From the NCBI RefSeq assembly GCF_001194135.2, contig NC_068982.1, forward strand, positions 168,762,281 to 168,826,280: DNA of 64,000 nt, given 5' to 3'. Every line of letters starts with the position of its first letter. Position 1 is the stretch's first letter. Positions 11,213 through 24,513 of this stretch are shown piece by piece. A program made the translations under genes and the position numbers. Source of the stretch: Octopus bimaculoides. Lineage: Eukaryota. Under the pieces are notes generated by a model, which searched no databases, had not been told where the DNA came from, and saw only the letters and a list, made by a program, of their open reading frames with translations.

Positions 11213-12269
11213 CGTGTGTGCGTGTGTGTATGTATGTATGTATATGTGTATGTGTATATATANNNNNNNNNNNNNNNNNNNNNNNNNNNNNNNNNNNNNN
11301 NNNNNNNNNNNNNNNNNNNNNNNNNNNNNNNNNNNNNNNNNNNNNNNNNNNNNNNNNNNNNNNNNNNNNNNNNNNNNNNNNNNNNNNNNNNNNNNNNNNN
11401 NNNNNNNNNNNNNNNNNNNNNNNNNNNNNNNNNNNNNNNNNNNNNNNNNNNNNNNNATATACATAAATACATACATATATACATAGTTTACAAACAAAGA
11501 CGTACGCAATAAAGGAATAGATTCAATCTTTCGGTGTTATTTCGTCTCTTCAGTGAAAGATACTGCTTCGGTCATTTGGAGATTGAAGTGGTTTTATACA
11601 CAAAGTCTTGAAGACAGAAATTTCTTCTCCGCAACAAATTCTCGTGGTGAATTTCATTTCCGTTATTGTGTGCAGGAGAGTGTTAAAAATAAAATATTTA
11701 TATAATTATTTTGATCTTCACTATATTGTGTGCTTGTACTAAACTAATGCGAAATTGACAAGCCTCTCTGTACATCTGTAAAAGTTTTGTCTGTTGTTTT
11801 ATATTTAGGAAGACAAGTTTCCTGTCTCGCTCCAGGTACCAGAAGCGGTAACTATTGCTGAAGATGTGAAACACTGGTTGTCCACTGATGTCGTTTGGAA
11901 TTTAATGTCTTTAAGCATGAAATGTATTGAGAGAGATTTGTTGTCCTACACTGACAAGCGTAGCGAATGTTATACACGTTCTTGCCTATTATTTGCTATG
12001 CGTGTGTATATAAATATACATACATATACAAATATACAATCATACATAAATATAAACATATGTATAGAGTTTTGGTTTCGTTAGTGTGTGTAATATTATT
12101 CAAAGCTGGGTCTGTGGGTATCGCACAAAGAGTTTTTTTTTTTATTATTCCACACCACTAAATGTATTGAATGCTTTTTCTCCTAAATATTTGCGATTCG
12201 CAGAACGTCAAGCCATATATGTCAGTGTATGTCTGTATAAGTCAATATATATTTTGTGTGCGGCCATAT

Positions 12270-12927
12270 TACAACACACATGCACACACAGACGCACACA
12301 CACGCATACACACAAACGCACACACACAAATATATATATATATATACATACACAAGCACACACATATATAAATATACATATACATATATATACACATACG
12401 TATTTATATATATATATACATATATATATACACGCACACACACATATATATATATATATACAAATATATAAACATACACGCAACACATACACACACATAT
12501 ATATGAAAATTTACNNNNNNNNNNNNNNNNNNNNNNNNNNNNNNNNNNNNNNNNNNNNNNNNNNNNNNNNNNNNNNNNNNNNNNNNNNNNNNNNNNNNNN
12601 NNNNNNNNNNNNNNNNNNNNNNNNNNNNNNNNNNATATGTATATATATATATAAATCTGTGTGTGATGAGAATGTAAATGTTTACTTGGCTGTATGTTTG
12701 TGTGTATTTGCATGCATATATATTTCTAAATATATATTAGACAACTTTGCGTTTCTAAGATATTCATGAATAATTCACAAGTTATTTTCCCTTGAAATAC
12801 CCTATGTTTTTGCACCACCACACGTCAAATTACAGAGTATGAAAATCTCTTTCGTTTACATAATTTATATCTACACACATACATTACATACATATACATA
12901 TATCTATATGCATACATACATACATGC

Positions 12928-12958
<31 letters not shown>

Positions 12959-13130
12959 CACACACATATATGCACACACACGCATACACACACATGCACA
13001 TTCACAAATATTTGCGTATATATATTATATGCAAGTATCCATATGTAATATATATATACATAAATACATACATAGGCTTGTGTATGTATATATATGTGAG
13101 TGCTTATGCTTGTGTCTATAAACACGGATA
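12270..13130. repeat. Compound (CA)/(TA) microsatellite tract with gap 12515-12634
   Basis: Direct reading. Confidence 0.9.
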
Positions 13131-15140
13131 CATAGAAAAGTGAGTTGTGTGTGTGTGTGTGTGTTAGCTGTTAGCTCTTTTGTTGTTTATGTATGATTTT
13201 CACCTTTTATCCTCAATAAATATAGTACTTCTTAAGTCGTCACGAAGCACGAATCTCTTTTTTTAAAGCATATCGTGGGAAGCTATTTAGAAGCTGATCT
13301 CCTAACGCTATAAATATTCCCAGAAGTAAACCTCCCTGTGTATAGAAAAAATAGATAAGAAAAGCAAGCAATGCCGAAAAAGAAGCGATAATCCCCCATC
13401 CAACCATCTTAACCTCCGACTTTCGATCGTAGTTTTCGACTAGTTTTCACTTCAATTAAGTTGCTCATGCTTTTGAAGAACACAAGCCTGCAGTCTAATT
13501 TTATTTCCTTGTTTACACTTCCTGCATGCATTTCTTGCTTTCTACATGCGTAAGGCCGTAAAGCTATCAATCTTCTGGTGAATAGCGATCCGTAAAATAC
13601 GTTATTTGCTCGTAGTGAGCAATATTTTCAGAACAGTTTCGAATCAAATTTGAAGTATTTCACACCATTTATATCCGGTGGAAAAGCTACCCAATTTCTA
13701 ATTCTTTTTGTTTCTTCTTTCCTTAAATTTTTAATTTGTACATTTGAACACCCGTTGTTCGTTCAGAGTGCAACTCTTTGTGCGTTCTTGTGAGATAAAT
13801 TATGTGAGCCTAGAAAAATCCTCTGAAATGCTACAAAAGGATAAATCAATGAGAAAACTTTTCCCTTGAAATAACCTATGTTTTTGCACCTCCTCACGTC
13901 AAATTACAGAGTATGAAAGCCGATACAGCTTAGCGCCTGTATCGGTGCCTTAGAACGCAAAGACCCATAACATACCTCCAGGAATCTAACCAATGACTTT
14001 ATCAATTCCTCTAAGCTACCCCTAGCATGGTTCTTTCCTCGGTCACTCAAATATTTTATTTTATAAAATTGTTACTAACCATCTTCGTAGTGTTGAATTT
14101 ATGCTCATGATGGACTATTTCTCGACGTTATTTTGGTTCTCAGGTTGGCGCCTTATTCATTTCATTTACTTTAGAGACGCTCTTCCTAACACAATGAGTA
14201 AAAATATATTTATCTCACTTCCTTAAAAAATGTTGTCTTCTTGTGCTTACGCAAAAAGAATTACGACAGTTTTAATCTTTTTAGGATAAGGTGGTAATAC
14301 ACAGAACAATACTTAAGACTAAATACCTTCCATGAATATTTTCGTCCATTAAAGTGGTTCCTAAAGAAGATGGCACCTGTATACAGACAGCGGTGTCGGA
14401 AATCTTCAAAAGACGTTGTAAATATTCATAAGGAGCCATGGTTTTTTTTTGCTATTTCATTGGACATTTCCAAATTTATTTTCTTTCTAAACTATTGTCT
14501 TCTTTATAGTACTATAGAGTAGATCGCTATTGTTCTGGATTTGCTCCATGTCTTCCTTGATGTTGTAAACCTATCACCAAAGGCATTCCAATCATGAGCA
14601 TCCATCCTGTTTCCTATGTACAGGGACTTCCGGACCACATTGTTATGTGGGTGTGATGTAATGTGAATTTGGCTTCTATTTATCGTAAGTAGATCAAATA
14701 CGTAGAAATCCTCTGGTTAGCTTATCGAATAAGTAGTTGAGCTAAAGATGAGGTGAATCGATCGAAAACACCTGAGAATCACATCTCAGTATTATTAATT
14801 CAAATACTGACATCATCGTTAACCTTGGATACTTTCAATTTTAAGAAAATATAATTTTCAACTATTAATTTCAAAGGGGATATTTCTGACTTTCTTGTGA
14901 GTATTTGTGTAATAAATGAAATAGAGAGGTTCCAAATCGAAATTACAACCAGGCTGTGCTGTTGGATTTTCAAAATCTTACCCTTACATTTGTTGCTTAC
15001 CACAACTTTGTGAAATATAACCAATATTTCTCATGCAGCTTTACCAAAATCACTGAAACACCTGCAAAGCTCTTAGTCTGGTTTTTCGAAAGACATTTGA
15101 TGTTATATTTAATTATTATTTTTTGCAGTGATTTAATTAC

Positions 15141-15573
15141 TACAGGGTGTCCCCAAACAAGTATACACACTTTAACAACCGATAACTCACTTGATGTTTT
15201 TTCTTTCCAGATGAAACCCATTGGAATTAATGATGGCAGTCAGACTAAACTTTGAACAAAGGAAATTCATTCTAAAATGCTACTGGAAGTGTGAAAACGC
15301 AGTTGATGTGCAAAGACATTTCAGGAGGGAGTTTCAAATAGATCCACCAAAGCGACTTACCATCACTCGAATTAAAGATAAGATTGAAGCTGAGAATGGA
15401 CATAAATACCAAACGAATTCTTTCGTGATGTTTGCGATTCCATTACTTCGCGTTGTCTGCAGTGCCTGGACCACAACGGACGTCAGTTTGAAAACAGGCG
15501 TTGACAAAACAATAAAATAATGTCCGTAGACTCTATTAAAGTGTGTGTACATTTCTTTTTGAGACACCCTGTA
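15141..15573 (+). mobile_element. Internally deleted Tc1/mariner-superfamily element (DUF4817-like HTH N-terminus)
   Basis: TA-flanked TIRs ta|cagggtgtccccaaa ... tttgagacaccctg|ta. From 15233 reads MAVRLNFEQRKFILKCYWKCENAVDVQRHFRREFQIDPPKRLTITRIKDK. 15439-15504 in another frame reads SITSRCLQCLDHNGRQFENRR*, a typical C-terminus. The DDE/D domain is missing. Confidence 0.85.
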
Positions 15574-15587
15574 TATACAGTGTTAAG

Positions 15588-15588
<1 letters not shown>

Positions 15589-15666
<78 letters not shown>

Positions 15667-15668
15667 AA
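15589..15668. repeat. (GAAA)n microsatellite
   Basis: Direct reading. Confidence 0.95.
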
Positions 15669-16417
15669 AAGGAGCAATAGATAATTCTGAAAATGCATTA
15701 GGTTTTTACTTTTAAAACTTTATTTCCATTCAAGTTCATTCATTTTAGTGTGTTCTTTTACTCTCGACCTCTTTGCAACCTTCTTGAAAAAAGGGTTACT
15801 GTAGACTCTACCTCATTTTATTTCAGTTGCGTAATATTTAGATTTTATCGCTCCCATTAAAGGAAGTAAATGTAAACCATATCAACTTACAAAATGTAAT
15901 CATTCATTCACTTCACAATAAAGTCAAAGCTCTAGAAAATTAAAAGAAACTGAATGAAATTTAGACATTTTATTAAAACTTTTACGGTGCATACATAGTC
16001 CGTCATAGTCCAATATACATAACAAAGTTCAATATGTACAAAACTTACAATATATAACAAAATGAGGTCTAACAGAAAAAAATGCACAAATAAAATAAAC
16101 TAGGAGTTCGCAAAAAGAGACAATGACTCATTTATCGTTGAATTTCACCAAAAGCAATGAAAGATATATATCTGGACATAGATGTTAAATAGAATCCATT
16201 CTGAAGTAGAACCTATGTTTCTGGCTATAGTCTACAGGGCATACTTGTGATTATTATTTCTTACACAGCGTGAAACGCAAGTTTATTTTGAAGATTCTAA
16301 GCCGGATGGTGGAAATGACATAAACTGTGGAGTCCTGGTCAAAATGCATTATAATATTTAGATTCTATTTACATTATTTACATTTGACGGATATTTGTCA
16401 TCATCTTGTTTGTTGTT

Positions 16418-16463
16418 AACACAACGTTTCGGCTGATATACCTTCCAGCCTTCATCAGGTATC
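16418..16463 (-). ncRNA. Minimal type I hammerhead ribozyme motif (family A)
   Basis: Minus strand: GATAC-CTGATGA-A-GGCTG(gaaggtatat)CAGCC-GAAA-C-GT-T-GTGTT. Stems I and II pair; stem III is the palindromic AACGTT. Confidence 0.65.
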
Positions 16464-16509
16464 TTGGGGAAATTTCGAACCTAGGTTCTCATTCTTAAGG
16501 TGTTTTCGA

Positions 16510-16573
<64 letters not shown>

Positions 16574-16586
16574 NNNNNNNNNNNNN

Positions 16587-16784
16587 AAAGCAACCATACT
16601 CTGGGATATGCCAATACACACAGAGAAATTAAGGCCAATAGACCAGATATAGTTGTCAAAGATCATGAAGAAAAAAAATGCTTTCTAATTGATGTATCAA
16701 TACCAGCAGATGACAACGTTTCTCGAAAAGAAATGGAAAAACTTTCAAAATACAAAGACCTGGAAATAGAGATAACTACTGAAC

Positions 16785-16816
<32 letters not shown>

Positions 16817-17121
16817 AATGACCTGGAAATAGAGGAAACTCGAATGTGGAATCTAAAAACAGAAACAATTCCTATTATAGGAGGTGCCTTAGGTATAATA
16901 AAAAAAATATTCAGACAAATACATAACAAAAACACCAGGACTTACAAATATATATAACATACAGAAAATTGCACTACTGGGCACTGCACACATCCTACAC
17001 AAAACGCTTTCAATACAGTAACCATAAGAGCATCACAGCAAACCACAGCACATACCCAAGGCGCACAGAGCTGCGCTCGGTAGTGAAGTGAAAGCACGTT
17101 ATAAAAATAAAACTACTGAAC
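16587..17121 (+). mobile_element. R4/Dong-type (RLE) non-LTR retrotransposon 3' fragment
   Basis: Translates to ATILWDMPIH..EIKANRPDIVVKDHEEKKCFLIDVSIPADDNVSRKEMEKLSKYKDLEIE..RMWNLKTETIPII.GALG..QKIALLGTAHILHKTLSIQ* (PD..D restriction-like endonuclease motif; stop 17019-17021). Followed by a 3' UTR and an (AAT)n tail. Confidence 0.9.
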
Positions 17122-17184
17122 AATAATAATAATAACATCGAAAAACACCTAGGAAATGAGAACCCAGGTTCGAAATTTCCCCAA

Positions 17185-17230
17185 GACGCCTGATGAAGGC
17201 CGGAGGGTATATCAGCCGAAACGTTGTGTT
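17185..17230 (+). ncRNA. Minimal type I hammerhead ribozyme motif (family A)
   Basis: GACGC-CTGATGA-A-GGCCG(gagggtatat)CAGCC-GAAA-C-GT-T-GTGTT; one stem II mismatch. Confidence 0.6.
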
Positions 17231-18884
17231 AAAAACAAAGATGAGGACAAATATTCATCAAATGTAAATCATGTAAATCATGTAAATAATTTACATAATT
17301 TCTCATCTCTTAAATATAGAACGGTAATATTTAGAGTCATTCCTCTAGTTTTTCTGCTAAAGTGGAGTTTAATCTTAATCTCTTCGAGGAGGCTACTGAA
17401 ACACCTAACAGTGAGTGTCCATGTTTGAAAAACACAGATGGTTTACTCAAGAATGTGGTGAACAGCCAGTAGGTGGATCCGGGCTTGTGTCATGTGAATG
17501 TTACCGCGTTTTACTCCGAGAGCAAAATACATTTCTTTCAATGGTGGCATCCACCTAGTTTCAAGGTGCTATTATAGATAGTATATTTCGCCACTGTAAG
17601 CAGCGACAGCACTGTAGGATCCATGAGTACTTCAGCACTTCATTAGTTTATTACGCAGTGTTCAATTATTCATGTTTGGAAATCTACCTGCGATGGACTA
17701 GTGTCCTGTCATTAACACTACGAAAATCAGAAATAAAGAACAGTCTTTCGGTAGGTTATTGCGATTCTAGAAAAAACTTCGTTGAAGTACTAAATGCACA
17801 TGTGTCAAACCAGTCAACTACACACCTCTACAACAAATACAAATTGACAAAATTTTAACCCCGTACCTTGTCAAACGGAATCAATAAATCGGCATATTAT
17901 TCACCGAGTGGAAAAGCAAATAGCAGCTTCCAACATATATCTTGTCGTTGCTTTTATGAAGTATCTTTTAATATGTGAAACGACCCTTTAGCAAGCACTA
18001 ACGTATAGTTTTCTACTTTGAGATAACAGACGGTTTAATTATGCTTTCAAGCAGTCTTATCGATTCTTCATTATTTAAGTTTTGGCAATGTGAATTCAAT
18101 GATATACACCGATACACATGTTATTTTTATTTCAACTTTTTCTTTAGAGCGAATATATTCAATAAATTTAATAGTTCAATACATTATTCTAATGTGTCAC
18201 GACTGTCTGACAAGACTTTAATAACGTATAAAGAACTTGACTACAATAATTATCTCAACTGAAGTTAGTACTGTTGAACAGAATCACCTCAGTTCTTTAT
18301 TTATTGAAAGAGTAAAAAGAGTGTCAAGTGAAGTTTTAAACATTTCTCAGAAATAATTCTCGACTTCTTTTTATTATTACTACCAATCTGTAATAATTTG
18401 TGTTAAGAAAAACATGAAATCGTACTAAAAGCTTATTTTCCTTATAAAAATGTGATTGATAATTCATCAGTTAAAGTTATATATTAGTATTCTTACATAA
18501 TGCATCCTAAATGCAGTAACATTTTTCCTTGTTTCTCTGTCTACTCTTGTTATTTATGTAGCGTCTAGTTGAGAAGAATATAAGTTATTGACGAGAAAGC
18601 TAGAGTATTGATGATGCCTTGCGTTATATATTTTTTCTTTTTGCTTTTAACTCTGCTTTATTTTATTAATCTAATACATCTATATTTCTTCCTAACTTTT
18701 TGTTTCGTTTGCATATCTTCCACTATGTTACTATGCCTATTTCATTGATTTCTAACTATTTGTAAGTTTTCATTTCGTTTAATTCTATCTCTTTTTCTTT
18801 ACTTAACGTGATATCCATGGTCTTTATTTAATTTTCCATCTGTTTGAAGTTGCCTTGAAACAATTTGTAATCTAAAACTAATTC

Positions 18885-19072
18885 ACTTTGGTCAATTCTT
18901 GTATTGTCTGCAGTTGTGTATCGAATAGTTTACCATCTGTAATAGGTATGCCTTTGAGATCGTCCATATACAAAAGATGGTTTTGTATGATTTGTATCCA
19001 AATTCCGTCTGATTCAACATGTTGCTTAACAGTGTAAACGGGTATAAGGAGATAGATAGAACAAGTTATTCC
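18885..19072 (-). pseudogene. R4/Dong-type reverse transcriptase fragment
   Basis: Minus ORF contains IIQNHLLYMDDLK (RT YxDD motif in the NHL.YMDDLK context typical of RLE LINEs). Confidence 0.7.
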
Positions 19073-19075
19073 ATG

Positions 19076-19144
<69 letters not shown>

Positions 19145-19148
19145 GATA
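19076..19148. repeat. (GATA)n microsatellite
   Basis: Direct reading. Confidence 0.95.
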
Positions 19149-19388
19149 TACATATTATCAATGTAATTACTTACTTGAAGTTTCGCCGAAAGTAACTTCT
19201 GTGAGTGTGTGTGTGTGTGTGAGTGTGTGTNNNNNNNNNNNNNNNNNNNNNNNNNNNNNNNNNNNNNNNNNNNNNNNNNNNNNNNNNNNNNNNNNNNNNN
19301 NNNNNNNNNNNNNNNNNNNNNNNNNNNNNNNNNNNNNNNNNNNNNNNNNNNNNNNNNNNNNNNNNNNNNNNNNNNNNNNNNNNNNNNN

Positions 19389-19451
<63 letters not shown>

Positions 19452-20393
19452 AACGTTTCTGTATTTGGATCTTCTTGGGTGGATATCTATTTTCATTGTA
19501 GTCGCCTCTAATGAAATCTTGTGTTCATTGATGTCTATAATCATGTCTCAATTATTTTAACTGTTGGTAAAATACTTTGATTTCAACATTTTTTTAGCAT
19601 CTATTTAATTTTGATGTCCGTTGGTACCAGAATTGAGAGCGCTACTTGATTTGAATTAAACGTACGTTATGATAAGCAACTGAAAGAATCTTCTTGTGCT
19701 GGTAGTATGGTTTTTCATTAATTCAATTTACTTAATTTATCTTCTTCTGTCTAATGCATCTGGTGAGGATGTCTGTATGCTATCTAGCGCAGCACACTTT
19801 ATCTTATTCATTTAATTTTATTCATTTAACCGACAAAAATATACTAAATGTCATCCAATCTTATAACATATTTGAATGATATTGTCATTCAGTTAAACCA
19901 TTCTATTGGATAGGACACCAGTATATTGCATATTTACGCAAAGATAATTCATGTTTCGTATGGCAAGCGAATGACATACCGCCAGTCCGATGGTGCTGAC
20001 TTTCTGAGTTTTTTTTATGAAATGGTTTTTCCTATGGTGCTTATTAACATGAATATTGTCAGAGCTGGGAGGATGACGTGTGATAATGTAGTCTTGGCTG
20101 CAATAAGATGTGCGAAAGCCGTGTAAACAAAACCTGTTTTGATTCTGGTTTGAAACCATTTTCTTTCAGGTAAATTGAGCCTTTGAAATTCTTCACAAAA
20201 TTATCCTGTTTACATTCTCTTGAAAGTTCAAAGCACGGAGAAACTCTGAAATATATCATAAAACTCTAAACATATCATAAACCACAAGGTTTCAGAAAGT
20301 ATAACCTTGTTCATATATAGCATTATTTTTGCTGGTGATGCGTTTCATTGCCATTTACACCTCTTTCGTGACTGCACAGTATATACTACAATG

Positions 20394-20441
<48 letters not shown>

Positions 20442-21180
20442 NNNNNNNNNNNNNNNNNNNNNNNNNNNNNNNNNNNNNNNNNNNNNNNNNNNNNNNNNNN
20501 NNNNNNNNNNNNNNNNNNNNNNNNNNNNNNNNNNNNNNNNNNNNNNNNNNNNNNNNNNNNNNNNNNNNNNNNNNNNNNNNNNNNNNNNNNNNNNNNNNNN
20601 NNNNNNNNNNNNNNNNNNNNNNNNNNNNNNNNNNNNNNNNNNNNNNNNNNNNNNNNNNNNNNNNNNNNNNNNNNNNNNNNNNNNNNNNNNNNNNNNNNNN
20701 NNNNNNNNNNNNNNNNNNNNNNNNNNNNNNNNNNNNNNNNNNNNNNNNNNNNNNNNNNNNNNNNNNNNNNNNNNNNNNNNNNNNNNNNNNNNNNNNNNNN
20801 NNNNNNNNNNNNNNNNNNNNNNNNNNNNNNNNNNNNNNNNNNNNNNNNNNNNNNNNNNNNNNNNNNNNNNNNNNNNNNNNNNNNNNNNNNNNNNNNNNNN
20901 NNNNNNNNNNNNNNNNNNNNNNNNNNNNNNNNNNNNNNNNNNNNNNNNNNNNNNNNNNNNNNNNNNNNNNNNNNNNNNNNNNNNNNNNNNNNNNNNNNNN
21001 NNNNNNNNNNNNNNNNNNNNNNNNNNNNNNNNNNNNNNNNNNNNNNNNNNNNNNNNNNNNNNNNNNNNNNNNNNNNNNNNNNNNNNNNNNNNNNNNNNNN
21101 NNNNNNNNNNNNNNNNNNNNNNNNNNNNNNNNTATATATATATATATATATATATATGTATACATATATATATATATATC

Positions 21181-21320
21181 CAGACGGGCTTCTTTCAGTT
21201 TCCGTCAACCAAATCTACTCACGAGACTATAGTAGAATACACTCGCCCAATGTGCCACGCAGTAGGACTGAACTCGGAACCATGTGGTTGGGAAGAAAGT
21301 TTTTTTAGCACACTGCTACA
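21181..21320 (-). mobile_element. tRNA-derived SINE, third family, partial
   Basis: Minus strand reads ...ccaaccacatggttccgagttcagtcctactgcgtggcacattgggcgagtgt...gacggaaactgaaagaagcccgtc: B-box-like head, ending at (TA)n. Confidence 0.65.
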
Positions 21321-23158
21321 CATATAAATGCGCGTGTGCGCGTGTGTGTGTGTGTGCATGCGGGTGTAAGCGTGTAAGTCTCTATCGTAATTATCAACTG
21401 CTGTCCAGTACACTTTGGCAATATCCGTTCTGATATATGTTAAGCTTTTTAATCTGTTTTCCTTTTATCCAATTCTTTCTATTTATACAAGGGTACGTAT
21501 CTTACGATAAAACGGTTCTAGTGGCAACTAAGCTGGCAATACAGAACTAGTATTATATATAAAAATACTCGCAGTTTTTGTCTACCTCCTAATTTCTCTT
21601 GCTTATCAAGCTCTCCTTAGTCGTACACATGCATATACCTAGAAGTACACTACATAAATGATTGTTGTTTTGTTTTGTTTTTCTAGTGATACGAGCAAAA
21701 AATAATTACTCTTTTGCAAAAGCTCTGAGGAAAATTTGAATATCAAACAATAGCGAGAGCTGAAAATCTAATTTTTTTTTTTTTTTAGATAAGCGAGCAT
21801 ATGTAACTGAAATTAATCATTAGTTTCCACCACAGAGTCATGTTTTCTGCTGGACATGATATTAATCTACTTCAGATTAATATTTTATTTTATTTTTTAT
21901 TTCTCATTATTTATTGCATTGTTAATGACACAGCAGAAATCTCAGCGAGCTAAGTAAATAATTGGATCCTTCTATCATGCAAAAGTCAACAGTTTGTATT
22001 AACTGTGATTAATTAACGTGGAGTACTGCCGCTGCCATCATTGTGAGGAGCTAAAGAACAGCACAATTTTTTTTTCTTGGTAGCTTGTGCGGAATATAGC
22101 TTGAAAAGAATATGAATATGAATAAATATATTCATAAGAGTGTTTACAATGGCAACCTCATAATCCAGTTTGTTGTTGTACATACCTATATGTTTAATAG
22201 TGTGTATTTCATTGCTCCTTTTTGATAAAAAGAAACAACGGCACCATTTCACCGTGAATGTATTTTTGAAAACTGTAATGTTACAACATTTCGTATCAGT
22301 TCCTTTGAGTTTCGTCAAAAACAAAGAATTATGATATTTGATTATGTTTAATGGAACGTTGTTTCATTTGCTTCGGCATAAATGAGTGCTTAATATTTCA
22401 AAGTGCAATAGTTAACGAAACTTTTCACCGTTTGTACCACGTCCAAGAGCATCAGAGGCTTAATTGAAGTTTCAAGCTTTATTATAATTTCATTCAGATC
22501 TAGGATATTTTATAGAAATAATAAAGTGAGCATAGAACTTTAAAATTATTTTATGTAATTTTATGGATCCCATGAGGACAGGCAAAGCTGGCCTCCAGAA
22601 TTTGAACTGACAACGAACGTAAAAAGTCAAACTAAGTTCCACAGACATTTTGTTCAACCCTCTAAACATTATACCAACACAAATACATAAGATTTTTGTT
22701 AAAAGGTCAGCTATCTTTCTGACCATCATTTCAATATTTCTAATAATAATGAATATTCAATAGCTTCAAATACCATTATATATTGATGAAAGCCGATATA
22801 GGTATCCTTAAAACTAATTTTCTATTTTCGCTACGACATATATATGAAATGTATTTCAATATTTATTCAAAGTGTGGTTTCACTATTCAATGCACAAAAT
22901 TTGTTTTGAACGAAAGTTTTGATATCTTAATTTGTAAATTTTAGAAAATTTCACCTTTATACTGTTTTTTAAATTTTCAATTACATTTTAGTTTCTCAAC
23001 TAATATTTCCAAGATACTCTGTTTCGTTAAACGGTACAAGATAACAATAAACTGTTATATGAAAAGAACCACAATTTAATTCAATCAATAAGTTTTACTA
23101 AAAATGTTTTCTTACACATCATTTCAAAACAAGGTCATACATACATATATATACTCAC

Positions 23159-23207
<49 letters not shown>

Positions 23208-23217
23208 NNNNNNNNNN

Positions 23218-23251
<34 letters not shown>

Positions 23252-24446
23252 GTGTGTTTGTGTGTGTCCATTATCTCCCAAATCAATATAGTCGCGCATA
23301 GAATCGCCAAAAGATCAGGCATCATAAAGAATTATTAGATATCTATCAATATCCTGTAACGAAATGATGTAAATAAACTTGAATAAAGTCAACACAGCTT
23401 ATTCAACATTGTGTTTATAATTTGTGTGCATACATCTTACAATAAAACCTGTTATACAAAGAAACATCCTAACAAAGTTTCGTTGGTCTGCACAACTAAA
23501 ATTCCTATCCGCTGTCCACAAGGTAATATATAAGCTCTTCAGACGAACTCACTATGAGTTCCTTACTCGAGCCTTCATTTGCAGAATCCTATAGGATTGA
23601 CGAGGAAAACTAAGTCGTACCCAAACGTTAACCACACTGCCTACTCACTGATGACATATTGTGACAGATACGGACGATCAAGCAGGTAGATTTAAAGAAA
23701 ACTTTAAAAATATCTCAATCCAGAATTTTTCTCAGAAATCTGTGGTAACGTATTTATAGCTTACGAAGATACTGTCTTAGCTCTATCATGTTTTAGGAAA
23801 AGGTTCAAAATTATAACAAACAATATTCCCAAATCTGGAATATTTCTATTAAGGAATTATTGACACCATTGTAAAATAATAATTTTATTATTTATTTATG
23901 CGCCCTTTTTAAAGCCTAGCCAGGCTCATGGGCCCGGTTTCCCGGTTTCTATGGCGTATTTAATGAGGAAAACATTAAAAATTTAAAATGTATTCAGATT
24001 TACCGAAATAAAAACCAATATTCCCCATCGAAGGGGACTTTATATGGTCGTTTGACATGTTAAAAATACTAGGCAGATCTCCCTCAAATCCAGCTATTTC
24101 AGGAATAATAGATATGTTAGATGTTGTATGCTGGGATGTTTATAGCGAGAAGTATATTTGTTCATAATACTGCGCAATTGAGGCTACACTGGTTAGAAAA
24201 TAATACTAACTATATAATATTAGTAAATGACAAAAATGCTTTCCAGCAGCATGAATTAGAGACAAGGCAAGACACGTTTTTTTGTTTGTTTGTTTGTTTG
24301 CTTTTTACTGCCAATGGATACTAATCAATGAAAACGCAATTTCGCTGTAAGTTTCTGAACTCCTAGCAAGTGAACTGCGGTATAAATAGACTAGACGTTG
24401 TGTTTTACGGATTTAAGGATTTAAGGAAGGCATTCATGCTGTACTG

Positions 24447-24447
<1 letters not shown>

Positions 24448-24510
<63 letters not shown>
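24448..24510. repeat. (CT)n microsatellite
   Basis: Direct reading. Confidence 0.95.

Positions 24511-24513
<3 letters not shown>

Larger units (their letters stand above)
16366..17324. mobile_element. Fold-back element of Penelope pLTR type (family A, locus 1) with a nested LINE
   Basis: Left arm ~16366-16573 is the reverse complement of right arm ~17122-17290. Flanking near-TSD taatatttagattc (16352-16365) / taatatttagagtc (17325-17338). Confidence 0.75.

Noticed and set aside
11515-11560. Minus-strand CTGAAGA...GAAA with an apparent stem III
   Set aside because: Stems I and II do not pair.
20155-20175. ttttctttcag|gtaaat, resembling a recursive splice site
   Set aside because: Weak donor, no host gene established, and expected by chance in AT-rich DNA.
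22013-22324. 103-aa minus ORF (similarly 30731-31054 on plus)
   Set aside because: No recognisable motif or convincing splice pair; length is compatible with chance.
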